Origin: Nitrospirota bacterium
GTDB taxonomy: Bacteria; Nitrospirota; Thermodesulfovibrionia; Thermodesulfovibrionales; UBA9159
Assembly (NCBI GenBank): GCA_963699545.1
Contig: CAVOUE010000005.1
Coordinates: 32,001-96,000, forward strand
Length of the DNA: 64,000 bases
Direction of reading: 5' to 3'
Made by a program: the position numbers and the translations under genes. Below the pieces are notes generated by a model. The model saw only the letters and a program-made list of their open reading frames with translations. It was not told the DNA's origin and ran no database searches. Shown here piece after piece: positions 51,278 to 64,000 of this stretch (position 1 is its first letter; every line of letters begins with the position of its first letter).

Positions 51278-52474
51278 ATGGACTTCTCTTTTACTGAAGA
51301 TCAGGAACGTTTCAGGAATTCTGTGAGGGAGTTCTGCGAGAGGATCATCGCTCCAAGAGCCGGGGAAATCGATGAAAAGGGAGAGATCCCTCCTGATGTG
51401 ATCAAAGGGATGGCTGACTTCGGGCTCTTCGGTCTGACGGTTTCGGAGGAATATGGTGGGTCCAGGGCAGGATTCATCAAGGCCGGTGTGGCAGCGGAAG
51501 AAATAGCGAGGGCAGATGTGAGCATGGCCACGGCTGTGTACTATCTGGTGGAAACGGGGTGGGGATTTCTGATGGACAGATATGCTGAAAAGAGGACCAA
51601 AGAGGAGGTCCTGCCCGGCGTGGTAAGCGGAAGGGCGTTTCTCGGCATTGCCTCCACAGAAGCGGGGGGAGGTTCTGACATCGCTTCTCTCTCCACTACC
51701 ATGGTGATTAAGGGTGATAAGCTTGTGCTGAACGGTACAAAAGCCTATATAAGCGGCGTGCGGGAAGCTGCTCACTACGGAGGCGGGTACGTGACCGTCG
51801 TGAAGACAGACCCCTCGCTTGAGCACAAGGGCCTCTCTCTGTGTTACCTTCCCGTAAAGGACCAGGCAGGAGTGAGCATAAGCACCAGCAGACAGATGGG
51901 AAGGGAGGGGATCTCCAATGGTTTCATACGGATGCACAACGTGGAGCTACCCGCCCACTATCTTATCGGTGAGTGGAACCGGGGGTTTTACTACGCCAGG
52001 GAGGGATTTAACTGCGCAAGGACGCTGGTGGCTGCAGCCTGTCTCGGCGCTGCAGGGAAAGCCCTTGAGCTGGGAATAGAATACATAAAGCAAAGAAAGG
52101 TCTTTCATTCGCCTCTTGCGAATTTCCAGGGAATTCAGTTCTCTCTGGCAGAGGATCATACGCGACTTGAATCCGCCCGCCTCCTCGTTTACCGGGCTGC
52201 GTGGATGCTTCAGCAAATGTACTCCGGAGAGAACATGAGCCGGCAGGAATTAAACAAGGCTGTGGCCGCCGCAAAACTTATTGCACCGGCAGTGGCCTTT
52301 GATATCATCAAGGACGTAATGATGTGGCACGGGGCGTATGGGTACACCAGAGAGGCAGGACTGGAGCGCGGCCTGCGCGGAGTGACCTCCTATCTGGTGG
52401 GCGCCGAAGGGGCTCCGAACATTATGAAGCTGATCATCAGCAGGGAGCTGCTGGGGAAAGAATTCGGGCCTTAG
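51278..52474 (+). CDS. Acyl-CoA dehydrogenase (divergent copy)
   Basis: MDFSFTEDQ, STEAGGGSD, RKVF, HGAYGY, GAEG. Confidence 0.92.
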   Translation: MDFSFTEDQERFRNSVREFCERIIAPRAGEIDEKGEIPPDVIKGMADFGLFGLTVSEEYGGSRAGFIKAGVAAEEIARADVSMATAVYYLVETGWGFLMDRYAEKRTKEEVLPGVVSGRAFLGIASTEAGGGSDIASLSTTMVIKGDKLVLNGTKAYISGVREAAHYGGGYVTVVKTDPSLEHKGLSLCYLPVKDQAGVSISTSRQMGREGISNGFIRMHNVELPAHYLIGEWNRGFYYAREGFNCARTLVAAACLGAAGKALELGIEYIKQRKVFHSPLANFQGIQFSLAEDHTRLESARLLVYRAAWMLQQMYSGENMSRQELNKAVAAAKLIAPAVAFDIIKDVMMWHGAYGYTREAGLERGLRGVTSYLVGAEGAPNIMKLIISRELLGKEFGP

Positions 52475-52507
52475 TTAGGCCCTTGCTTCTTGGAAGGAGG
52501 ACGAATT

Positions 52508-52690
52508 ATGAAACCGTTTACAACGATCGCTGTTGTTGTCTTATCGCTGATTTCATTCCTTCATCTCCTCAGGCTTTTCTTCGGCTGGGAGGTGACCGTG
52601 GGCGGCCTGGTCATTCCGATGTGGGTAAGCCTGCTCGGCTTTGTAATCGCCGCAGGCCTTGCGCTTATGATCTGGCGGGAAACGCGGTAG
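52508..52690 (+). CDS. Small 2-TM membrane protein
   Basis: RBS AGGAGG; HLLRL motif; two hydrophobic helices. Confidence 0.75.
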   Translation: MKPFTTIAVVVLSLISFLHLLRLFFGWEVTVGGLVIPMWVSLLGFVIAAGLALMIWRETR

Positions 52691-52750
52691 TAAGGAGGAG
52701 AAGATTGGGGTCGGTTGTGTCACTCGCCCCTCTTGTTTTTTTATGAAAAG

Positions 52751-53902
52751 TGGGATGTGTCCCTAATATTTCCGATGTCGCCTATAAGCGGAGCAAGGCC
52801 AGGAGTATTTGCAGGCGGAGGCTTGCAGGGCTTGTATGGGGGATATCAAGTAGGGAGTTATCTATGGAAAGATGGTGGTGCTTTTTTGAGATTTTTTCTG
52901 AACCCGAGGCTGCCTTTGCCGATATATATTGATCCGAAATATATCGGCCCCACACCAGCGGAGGCTGCGCATTAACCTCAAGAGATCATGAGACATAATA
53001 ATGGGAATAAGAAGAGGTTGAACGGTGATCAACTATAAACTCATTCTATACATTTATAGCGCTGTTTTTCTACTGTTATTAATTAATATAGGCAGAGATA
53101 GATTCGCCCCACAAAACAAATCTCTCAAGTCATGCGATTGGTCCTTATTCTCTGCCATAATAGTATTGTTTTTTTTCTTAAGCGGCGAGGTTGTCAAGTC
53201 CCTTTGGTATGTGAAGCTTATCCCGATCTTGAAAGAGTATCCGTATAACTTCTCAAATTTGGAAGTCTTCAGTTTCTTTTATTTCCTTTTCATTTTAATC
53301 TTAATATATGTATTTCTTCGGTATATCTATAGCGTATCGATTATTGAAGTATTTGACCTGAAGCTTTCTCAGAATATATTTATCCTAAAATTATGTGCAG
53401 GGTTAGCGGCAATAAACATTTTGAGTCTTTATCTTTTTGACTTTAATTTGTTTCTTAATCCAGAGCAATCAGAGTTGGAATATATCCAAGCGATGGATCC
53501 GCAGCATGCTGTTTTATTCGCCTTTGTAACAATAGTGCTTGCGCCTGTTGCAGAGGAGTTTATGTTCCGGGGATTACTATATGGCCCACTTTATAGGAAA
53601 GTAGGTCGGATTCTTGCCATCATTCTGTCTTCATTGATTTGGACGCAAGGCCACTTTTACTCTTTATTGCCGAGTGTTGGAGTATTTATTACGGGTTTAA
53701 TTCTGGGCTGGTTATACGATAGAAAGGGTTCTTTAATCCATCCAATTGTACTACACATGTTTAAGAACAGTTGGTTGCTTTATTACTATTCCAGGGCTTA
53801 AAGAATTGAAAGTTTGCCTTTGGGGTAAGGGAGAGGCTGAGTGAGAGAAAGCTGGGGTGCCAGCCCTTGACATTTGGTAAAGGAAATTGGGGACACATCC
53901 CA
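52751..53902. repeat. 13-bp inverted repeats TGGGATGTGTCCC / GGGACACATCCCA flanking an AT-rich gene
   Basis: Exact reverse complements at 52751-52763 and 53890-53902. Confidence 0.65.
53025..53801 (+). CDS. CPBP (CAAX protease/Abi) family intramembrane metalloprotease
   Basis: APVAEEFMFRG, GH, HxxxN-like LHMFKN; markedly AT-rich. Confidence 0.88.
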   Translation: MINYKLILYIYSAVFLLLLINIGRDRFAPQNKSLKSCDWSLFSAIIVLFFFLSGEVVKSLWYVKLIPILKEYPYNFSNLEVFSFFYFLFILILIYVFLRYIYSVSIIEVFDLKLSQNIFILKLCAGLAAINILSLYLFDFNLFLNPEQSELEYIQAMDPQHAVLFAFVTIVLAPVAEEFMFRGLLYGPLYRKVGRILAIILSSLIWTQGHFYSLLPSVGVFITGLILGWLYDRKGSLIHPIVLHMFKNSWLLYYYSRA

Positions 53903-54144
53903 ATTGAATGGGACCAAGGGACTTTTCTGAGGAGACTCAGCTTTTGCTTGGGAAACAATAAAGGTTGAAGAACAAGCAAAGGGAAAGGCTACTTTACGCC
54001 CTAGCCTCCCCTCCTACCAACGGCTTGCACTAGGTACTGGCTCAGTAGCCAGCTCCGGCTTTCCTGGACCTGCTGAGGCACCGACACTTGACGTTTCACG
54101 TCTGCTATAATGGAGTAAATGCGCAAGAAGCATGTTCGGGAGAG

Positions 54145-54876
54145 GTGAAAGAGCGTCTCGACATACTCCTCGTCACCAGGGGGATGACAAACAGCAGGGA
54201 GAGGGCAAAGGCGCTCATCATGGAAGGGAACGTCCTTGTCGACGGGGTTCCTGTGACGAAGGCGGGCTCTGCTTTTGATCAGGGTGCCCGCATTGAGCTC
54301 AGGGGAGAGGATATTCCCTATGTGAGTCGCGGTGGTCTCAAACTCGAAGCTGCCCTGGAACATTTCGGCATAGAACTCAGGGGAGTTCTTGCCATGGATG
54401 TGGGTTCTTCCACAGGCGGCTTCACTGATTGCATGCTGAACCGGGGCGCAAGGAAGGTGTACTGCGTTGATGTGGGGTACGGCCAGCTTGCCTGGTCCCT
54501 GAGAAAGGACCCGAGGGTCATCCTCCTTGAGCGGACGAACATACGGTATCTCGAGAGGGAGAGGATCCCTGATGTCATAGATTTTGCGTGCATTGACGTT
54601 TCTTTTATCTCCCTTCAAAAGGTTATTCCGAAGGTGATGGAGTTCATTGGTGAGGAAGGAGAGATACTGGCCCTTGTCAAGCCCCAGTTCGAGGTCGGTA
54701 AAGGTGAGGTCGGCAAAGGGGGTGTCGTGAGGGATGAGGAAAAGAGAATGACTACGGTGAGAACGATTGAAGCATGTGCCGTAGAAAGGGGATTAAGGAG
54801 CATCGGAAGTTTTCTCTCCCCGGTCCCTGGACAGAAAGGGAACAGGGAGTATTTCCTGTATCTGAGGAGGAAGTAA
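54145..54876 (+). CDS. tlyA: TlyA family rRNA 2'-O-methyltransferase
   Basis: KERLD S4 domain, YVSRGGLKL, DVGSSTGGFTDC, DVSFISL, LVKPQFE, GNREY. Confidence 0.95.
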   Translation: MKERLDILLVTRGMTNSRERAKALIMEGNVLVDGVPVTKAGSAFDQGARIELRGEDIPYVSRGGLKLEAALEHFGIELRGVLAMDVGSSTGGFTDCMLNRGARKVYCVDVGYGQLAWSLRKDPRVILLERTNIRYLERERIPDVIDFACIDVSFISLQKVIPKVMEFIGEEGEILALVKPQFEVGKGEVGKGGVVRDEEKRMTTVRTIEACAVERGLRSIGSFLSPVPGQKGNREYFLYLRRK

Positions 54877-55542
54877 TGGAAGAAATAAAACTGCTCGGTC
54901 TTGACCTCTCATTGGCATCTCCGGAGGCCATAGAGGTCTTATTGACGGATGCTGCAGACCCGGCGATCTACAGGGAAATCCTGGAGTCCAACATCAACCG
55001 GCCTGAGATACTGAAGATGCTTGCGGAGGATCAGGATGTGCCTGACGAAATCAAGAAAGCTGTGGGAAAACAGCTCAATCTTCCTGCTAGGGTAACAGTG
55101 AAACCAAGGATTTCGGATGAGGCCCGCAAGGACAGTTCTCCTCCAGAAGATTCAGCACCTGACCGTGGGTGAAAGGATCGCGATCGCACTCAGGGGAGGT
55201 CAGGAGATACGCTCACTTCTTCTGAAGGATGCCAACAAAGAGGTGGTTCTTACGGTCCTCAAGAACCCGAAGATCTCGGAAACCGAGGTGGAGTTGATCG
55301 CCCATTCGCGCAATGTTCCTGAGGATGCCCTGCGCGCGATACACAAGAACAGGGAGTGGATGAAGAACTACAGCATCAATCTTGCCCTGGTCAATAACCC
55401 CAAGACACCGCCGGGCATCGGCATCACCCTGGTCACCAGCCTGAGGTTGAAGGACCTCGCCATTCTCGAAAAGAACAAGAATGTGCCTGACGGGGTGCGT
55501 GCAGTGGCGAAAAAGGTCCTCGCGGCAAAAAAAGCCCACTGA
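54876..55542 (+). CDS. Conserved hypothetical helical-repeat protein, frameshift near 55130
   Basis: ORFs 54774-55172 (true start ATG 54876) and 55117-55542 join; LKNPKI and LVNNPKTP motifs. Confidence 0.7.
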
Positions 55543-55697
55543 GATCCCTCCGGGACGGTTGCAATGGCTGAGGGCGCAGCGGGATTCCTCACGTCCATAC
55601 TCATACATATCATCGCGCAAAATTATTGTCACTTTTTATATAATAAAAGCCCATGAGAATGATGCATGTAGGGACAAGTGTGGAATGAGGAACGTCA

Positions 55698-56831
55698 ATG
55701 GACATAACGCCTGATTTCATCAATAAAAAGACATGGAATAAGGTACTGAACCATATCGCTTCCAGTGACGAGGCGCCCCCCTACCTCCTCATCGATAAGG
55801 AGGTGGTAAAGGGAAATATCTCTACTATCGGCAGGAACATCAGGAATTCGAAAGTGTTCTATGCCGTTAAGGCAAACCCTGATATGGAGGTACTGCGATT
55901 CCTGAACAGCCTGGGGGTGGGATTCGAGATCGCGTCGGAAGGCGAACTGCAGATCCTTGCCGACCTTGGGGTCGGACCGGAGAGGATCATCACGAGCAAT
56001 CCCATCAAGACCCTGAAATTCCTTGAAAAGGCGGTGCCGTACGGAATCAATTATTTTGCTTTTGATTCCATTTCCGAGGTCGACAAACTGCTGAGATATG
56101 CGCCCGGATGCAATGTCTATGTGAGATTGTCAGTCCCCAATGAAGGCAGCGAGTGGCCCCTGAGCAAGAAGTTCGGAGTGGAACTGGATGAGGCGGTGGA
56201 ACTGCTCCTCTACGCCGGGAGAAAAGGCCTGAACCCTGTGGGCGTCACCTTCCACGTCGGCTCTCAGTGCAACAATGTCTATAACTGGAACACTGCCATC
56301 GGGAAGGCAAAGGAACTGTGGGAGATCTCGGAACAGAACGGGATGAAGCTCTCTGTGCTGAACATTGGCGGGGGATATCCCATTCACTATACAAAGAACG
56401 TTGTGGACGTCGAGACCATAGAGAAGAAGATTGACCGGGTAATCGCAAAGAAATTCTCGAAGGATGTCGAAATATTCATCGAGCCGGGGAGATCGGTGGT
56501 CGGTGATGCGGGCGTGTTTGTGTCCACGGTGATCGGCAAGGCAAAAAGAGGAGACGAGAACTGGCTTTACATCGACGTCGGGGTCTTTAACGGCCTGATG
56601 GAAAGCATAGGGGGGATCAAGTATGTCTATATTGTCGGGAGCAGAAATGAACCCGAAAAATGGACGATTGCGGGACCGAGCTGCGACAGTTTTGACGTCA
56701 TCGACCGTGAGGTGATTCTTCCCGAGCCTGAGGTCGGGAACCGGATACTTATCCTTTCCAGCGGTGCCTACACCATCTCGTATGCTTCCGAATTCAACGG
56801 TTTCTCGATCCCGAAGACTATTTTGATATAG
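55698..56831 (+). CDS. Type III PLP-dependent ornithine/lysine decarboxylase
   Basis: YAVKANP, KFG, FHVGSQC, NIGGG, EPGR, GPSCDSFD, GAYT, FNGF. Confidence 0.92.
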   Translation: MDITPDFINKKTWNKVLNHIASSDEAPPYLLIDKEVVKGNISTIGRNIRNSKVFYAVKANPDMEVLRFLNSLGVGFEIASEGELQILADLGVGPERIITSNPIKTLKFLEKAVPYGINYFAFDSISEVDKLLRYAPGCNVYVRLSVPNEGSEWPLSKKFGVELDEAVELLLYAGRKGLNPVGVTFHVGSQCNNVYNWNTAIGKAKELWEISEQNGMKLSVLNIGGGYPIHYTKNVVDVETIEKKIDRVIAKKFSKDVEIFIEPGRSVVGDAGVFVSTVIGKAKRGDENWLYIDVGVFNGLMESIGGIKYVYIVGSRNEPEKWTIAGPSCDSFDVIDREVILPEPEVGNRILILSSGAYTISYASEFNGFSIPKTILI

Positions 56832-56954
56832 AACATGCTGCACGTCGCCGGGAGATCGGAGGAGAACAGAGAAAGACAGGGCTTCAGCGGGGAATGATTT
56901 CCTCTCTGTAATCTCTTTGACCTCTGCGGATATTTTTGTCAGGAGGAGGGAAAC

Positions 56955-57791
56955 ATGATAAAGTTTTTTGAAAAGGACCCCTATGCACCGATACAGTACG
57001 TGTATGAGACCGAGAAGGTGCTCTACAAGGGGAAAAGCGATTTCCAGGAGATCATGGTTATCGAGAACCCTTATTTCGGCAAGATGCTCATTCTCGACGG
57101 AGTGGTACAGATCACGGAGAGAGACGAATTCTTTTACCATGAAATGCTTGTCCATATAGTACTGCATGCCCATCCCAATCCCCGGAACGTGATTGTCATC
57201 GGGGGCGGCGACGGCGGAGCAGTGAGAGAAGTGCTCAAGCACGACACAGTGAAAAAGGTGTATTTCGTCGAGATCGACAAAGAGGTGATCGACGTGTCGA
57301 GGAAATTCTTTCCCACGGTTGCAAGCCGGGTGGATGACCCCCGCGTGGAGATCCGCTGCATGGACGGTGCGGAATTTGTGAAGTCGAGACACGGAGACAT
57401 TGATGCCGTTATCGTGGATTCCACGGACATCGTCGGATTTGCAAAGAGCCTGTTCACGGTGGAGTTCTTTAAGTCCGTAAAGGACTCGCTGGCTGAGGAG
57501 GGCATGTTTGTGACCCTTTCGGAATCCCTTCATTTCCATAAGGACATGGTAATAGAGGTGCAGGAGGCGATGCGCCTCATTTTCCCCGTAGTGGATCTCT
57601 ACACGGCGCCCCTGGTCACGTATGCAGGGAACTGGTGGACCTTCTCTGCGGGCTCCATGAAGCACAACCTGAGGAAGATGCAGCGAGCATTCAAGGTCGA
57701 TACAAGATACTACAGCGATGAGATCCACGAGCAGGCCTTTATGCCGCCGAAGATGTATGAGCGGCTGATGCAGAGGAAGCTGCAGTGGTAG
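56955..57791 (+). CDS. speE: Polyamine aminopropyltransferase (spermidine synthase)
   Basis: LDGVVQITERDEFFYHEM, IGGGDGG, VEID, IVDSTD. Confidence 0.93.
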   Translation: MIKFFEKDPYAPIQYVYETEKVLYKGKSDFQEIMVIENPYFGKMLILDGVVQITERDEFFYHEMLVHIVLHAHPNPRNVIVIGGGDGGAVREVLKHDTVKKVYFVEIDKEVIDVSRKFFPTVASRVDDPRVEIRCMDGAEFVKSRHGDIDAVIVDSTDIVGFAKSLFTVEFFKSVKDSLAEEGMFVTLSESLHFHKDMVIEVQEAMRLIFPVVDLYTAPLVTYAGNWWTFSAGSMKHNLRKMQRAFKVDTRYYSDEIHEQAFMPPKMYERLMQRKLQW

Positions 57792-57855
57792 TAGCAGCGT
57801 ATGCGCTGCCAGGCTTGGCAATCTTGACACGGGAGGATGCTAATTGTTAGAGTAA

Positions 57856-57882
57856 TTAGCACTCTCATGATGAGAGTGCTAA
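57856..57882 (+). promoter_or_regulatory. CIRCE element (HrcA operator)
   Basis: Perfect TTAGCACTC-N9-GAGTGCTAA upstream of hrcA; sigma70 TTGACA at 57824. Confidence 0.97.
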
Positions 57883-57902
57883 TTAGCGGTGAGGCATAGG
57901 AA

Positions 57903-58927
57903 ATGTTAGACGAGCGGATACATAGGGTATTGTGGGCGGTGGTGGAAAGCTATATCACGAACCCTGACCCGGTGGGGTCTCGGTTCGTGACGAAGAAGTA
58001 TGCTTTCAATCTTTCGCCTGCGACCATCAGGAACATCATGGCTGATCTCGAAGACATGGGGTTTCTCAGTCAACCTCACACTTCGGCAGGCCGCATCCCC
58101 ACGGATAAGGGATACCGGTTCTATGTCGACTACCTTGCTCAAAGGGAAGCTTCAGCGGGTGCCTACCACACCGAGGAGATCGTGCAGAGGCTGGAGAACA
58201 TAAGGAACGATATCAATGCCCTGCTTAAGGAAACCTCGCGGGCCCTCTCAACGGTCTCCCATTACCTTGGCGTTGCCCTTTCTCCGAGGCCCGAAAAGGC
58301 CACGTTGAGGGGTATCAACCTCTTCAGGTACAAGGAGGGTCAGGTGATGACCGTGCTTCTTACCGATGAAGGGAGCGTGAAGAACAAATGCATACAAGTG
58401 GATGTGGATTTGACCCAGCGGGATCTGAACAGGATTTCTGATTACCTCAATTCCCAGTTCGCCGGGCTCACCATTGATGAGATCAGGGTCAGGGTCGTAA
58501 GGGAAATGCAGAGGGACAAGGCGCTCTGTGACACCCTCATCTCCCGCGCGATCACTATTTGCCGGGAGGCCCTTTATTTTGATCACGGGGACGTCTTCAT
58601 ATCGGGGCTTTCCGAGGTGCTGGGGCTCCCTGAATTTTCAGACCTTCAGAGGATCAAGGAGATATCAAGGGCCATCGAGGACAAACACCTGATCATAAAG
58701 CTCCTGCATACCCTCTCTCAGTCAGAAGGGGTAACAGTGCTGATCGGGTCTGAGAACTCTGCCTCTGACATGAAGAAGCTGAGCATTGTGGTTTCCACCT
58801 ACAAAGAAGGTGACCGGCCCATAGGCACCATCGGGATCATAGGACCGACGCGCATGGACTATCTGAAGGCCATTACCGCCGTGGACACTGCGGCGAAGTT
58901 CCTGACGAGGGTCCTTTCGGGACGATA

Positions 58928-58928
<1 letters not shown>
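57903..58928 (+). CDS. hrcA: Heat-inducible transcription repressor HrcA
   Basis: PVGS, SPATIRN, QPHTSAGRIPTDKGYRFYVD, GIIGPTRMDY. Confidence 0.97.
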
Positions 58929-61453
<2,525 letters not shown>

Positions 61454-61457
<4 letters not shown>

Positions 61458-62551
61458 AGGACTACTATGAAAGGCTTGGCGTCGCGAGAAATGCGACGGA
61501 AGCTGAGCTCAAGAAAGCCTTTAGGGCCCTTGCCCTAAAGCATCATCCTGACAGGAACACGGGCAGTAGGGAGTCAGAGGAGAAGTTCAAGGAGATCAAC
61601 GAAGCCTACTCTGTCCTGAGCGACCCTGAGAAGAGGGCCCATTATGACCGTTTCGGTTCCGAGGTAGGTGCAGGAGCGGGATTCGGGGCCTTCACCGGCG
61701 CCGGATTTGGAGATATCTTTGAAGACATCTTCGGGGATTTCTTCGGATTCTCGGGTCAGCAACGCAGACGACCCGCACGGGGCGATGACCTCCGCTATGA
61801 TCTTGAAATAACCCTTGAGGAGTCCGCCTCCGGCACTGAAAAGGAGATAGCGGTACCGAGGTGGGAGAACTGTTCCGGATGCAGCGGTTCGGGATCGAAG
61901 CCGGGCAAAGGGCCTGTGACCTGCACAAGTTGCAGGGGCACGGGCCAGGTAAGGTACCAGCAGGGTTTCTTTAGTGTATCCAAATCGTGCGGCGCCTGCC
62001 ACGGCACGGGAAAGATCATCACCGATCCCTGTACTGCGTGCAAGGGGAACGGCAGGGTCAAGAACGTCCGAAACATCATGGTGAAGGTTCCTCCGGGCGT
62101 GGATTCAGGGTCACGCCTGAGGATGTCGGGAGAAGGCGAGCCCGGCGCCCTTGGCGGCCCCCCGGGAGACCTCTATATAATCATTGACTTGAAGGAACAC
62201 CCTGTCTTCATGAGAAGGGGAAATGATATTTATTGCGCCCTGGGTATCACCTTCCCGCAGGCGGTGATGGGAGCCGAGATTGAGGTCCCTACCCTTGAAG
62301 GAACGGCCGCGCTCAAGATTCCACCGGGCACACAATCAGGAAAGGCTTTTCATATGCGGAGCAAGGGTATTCCGCGCCTTGGCGGGCACGGAAAAGGGGA
62401 TGAGGTCGTGGTGGTGAACATCGACGTTCCGAAACAGATCACTCCCCGTCAGAGGGAACTCCTTGAGGAATTTGCACAGATCAACGGTGAGAAGGCGTCA
62501 AAGACCTTCAAGGACAAATTGAAGGACATTTTCTCAGGCGCTGAAAAATAG
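61454..62551 (+). CDS. dnaJ: Chaperone DnaJ
   Basis: J domain HPD, G/F region, four CxxCxGxG repeats. Confidence 0.98.
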
Positions 62552-62558
62552 AACTTCA

Positions 62559-63296
62559 ATGCCCCGCATATTCCTTCCCGTAGACGAAAATCCCCGTACG
62601 ATCCAGATTACCGGAGAAAAGGCCCGCTATCTCTCCTCAGTCTTACGGTGCAAGAAGGGGGAAGAACTCGAGATCCTTGACGGGAAAGGTCATTCCTACA
62701 GGGCCAGGATCACATCCGTCGTCAAGAAGGAGATGACTGTGGAGGTTCTCGATGCCATTACCCATAACACGGAATCTCCGCTCAACCTCATTCTTATTCA
62801 AGGTCTTCTCAAGGGCGAAAAGATGGAGCTGGTGATACAAAAGGCTACAGAGTTGGGCGTCAGAGAAATAATCCCGGTGGTTACCGAAAGGAGCCAGGTG
62901 AGGAGCACCGGAAAGACGGCCCGGTGGCGAAAGATTGCAGAAGACGCCTCGCGGCAATCGGGAAGGACCGCCATCCCCATCATCCATGAGCCAAGCGCCC
63001 TCAGGGACATTTTCTCCGGAGATTCACCGTGTACCCCCTCTTCCGGGAAATGCAAAGGGCTTCTCTTTTGGGAGAGGAAGGGGATCAGGATGAAAGAAGC
63101 TATGGAAAGCCTTGAGGGATGCAGGTCATTGATCATTGCTGTAGGGCCTGAAGGAGGGTTCACAGAAGGGGAAGTGCAGGTTGCCGGGGAGCGGGGATTC
63201 CTTGTTGCCACTCTCGGGAGCCGCATCCTGCGTGCCGAGACAGCTGCGATTGCGGCAACCACTATGGCCCAGCTGTTTCTCGGAGATATGGGCTGA
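62559..63296 (+). CDS. rsmE: 16S rRNA m3U1498 methyltransferase
   Basis: QKATELGV, QSGR, GPEGGFT, LGSRILRAETA. Confidence 0.95.
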   Translation: MPRIFLPVDENPRTIQITGEKARYLSSVLRCKKGEELEILDGKGHSYRARITSVVKKEMTVEVLDAITHNTESPLNLILIQGLLKGEKMELVIQKATELGVREIIPVVTERSQVRSTGKTARWRKIAEDASRQSGRTAIPIIHEPSALRDIFSGDSPCTPSSGKCKGLLFWERKGIRMKEAMESLEGCRSLIIAVGPEGGFTEGEVQVAGERGFLVATLGSRILRAETAAIAATTMAQLFLGDMG

Positions 63297-63314
63297 GGGA
63301 GCCGGGGGCGTATT

Positions 63315-64000
63315 ATGGTTTCTGAACCACTGGATTTTCTCCACAAAGAGCTTCTGTATGAGCGACTCAAAAATATCGATATTCCCATCTCCGAATACAG
63401 CTTTCCCAATGCATACCTTTTCAGGGAAGTCCACAGGTATGAGGTGGTTTTCGACAGCGAGATCTTTCTCAAGGGCATAACCTATGACGGCCACACCTAT
63501 CTTATGCCTACGGTGCCGGTGAAGGATATTGACACTGATAATCTGAAGGACCTGATGAGGAACGTGGACTTTTTATTTCCTATTCCCGAGGCATGGCTGC
63601 CATTCCTCGAGAAAGAGGAGTTCGAAGTCCTCTTTAAGGAGGGAAACGCGGATTACCTCTACACCGTGAACAAGATGAGCATATACCCGGGCAGGTATCT
63701 TCACCGGAAACGGAACCTCCTTAAACAGTTCGTGACCGGCTATTCCCATGAGGAAATGCCCTTGACCAACCAGCGCATAGAGCACGCGATGTACATCCTC
63801 GATGAATGGCAGAAGGAAAATGATTCTGAGGCGGGGGAACCGATTTTCACCCGTGCCGCGAGGCATTAAAGCGGTATGACGAACTTGTTCTCTGCGGGGG
63901 CATCTATTACGCCGAAGGAGAAGCCTGCCGGATTCATCGTAGGCGAAGAGTTGAATGCCGAGACCTTTGTGCTCCACTTTGCAAAGGCGAGAAAGAAATT
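63315..64000 (+). CDS. DUF2156 (aminoacyl-phosphatidylglycerol synthase C-terminal-like) protein, frameshifted near 63838 and 63920, runs off window end
   Basis: SEYSFPNAYLF, DYLY, KRNLLKQF; continues in shifted frames ...EALKRYDELVLCGG...GFIVGEELNAETFVLHFAK. Confidence 0.7.

Noticed and set aside
56835-56935. Imperfect palindrome (CAGAGA...TCTCTG) between the decarboxylase and speE
   Set aside because: Single degenerate copy in the window; cannot be called a repeat family or ncRNA
56130-57830. 566-aa minus-strand ORF
   Set aside because: Antisense shadow of the decarboxylase and speE genes; no recognisable motifs

Overview
Bacterial chromosomal window. Gene content suggests an anaerobic Nitrospirota/Thermodesulfovibrionia- or Desulfobacterota-like organism (inference). 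It appears to contain the replication terminus: a canonical XerC/XerD dif site lies at 35854-35881. Left part (1-11 kb): an envelope-stress/efflux region with a TolC-HlyD-ABC exporter, two Spy/CpxP-like genes, three matching ECF-sigma promoters and a histidine kinase. Next come degP, a cytochrome c, and a radical SAM/SPASM enzyme preceded by an unannotated 40-codon peptide ending C-H-K-(TGA)-K-S-(TGA)-K-S with an fdhF-like SECIS hairpin. This candidate di-selenocysteine RiPP system is the top finding. 21.5-34 kb is a metal-homeostasis cluster (Zn/Mn ABC uptake, CopC/CopD, a Met/His-rich repeat protein, cytochrome P460) headed by two RAPP/RPP-ending upstream ORFs. A ~1.75 kb element sits between dif and a degenerate dif copy. 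Right part: mtaB-miaB, purM, guaBA, ispA-dxs, an inserted acyl-CoA beta-oxidation cluster, tlyA, an ornithine/lysine decarboxylase plus speE, and CIRCE-hrcA-grpE-dnaK-dnaJ-rsmE. Several genes, including dnaK, are broken by single-base indels, most likely sequencing errors.
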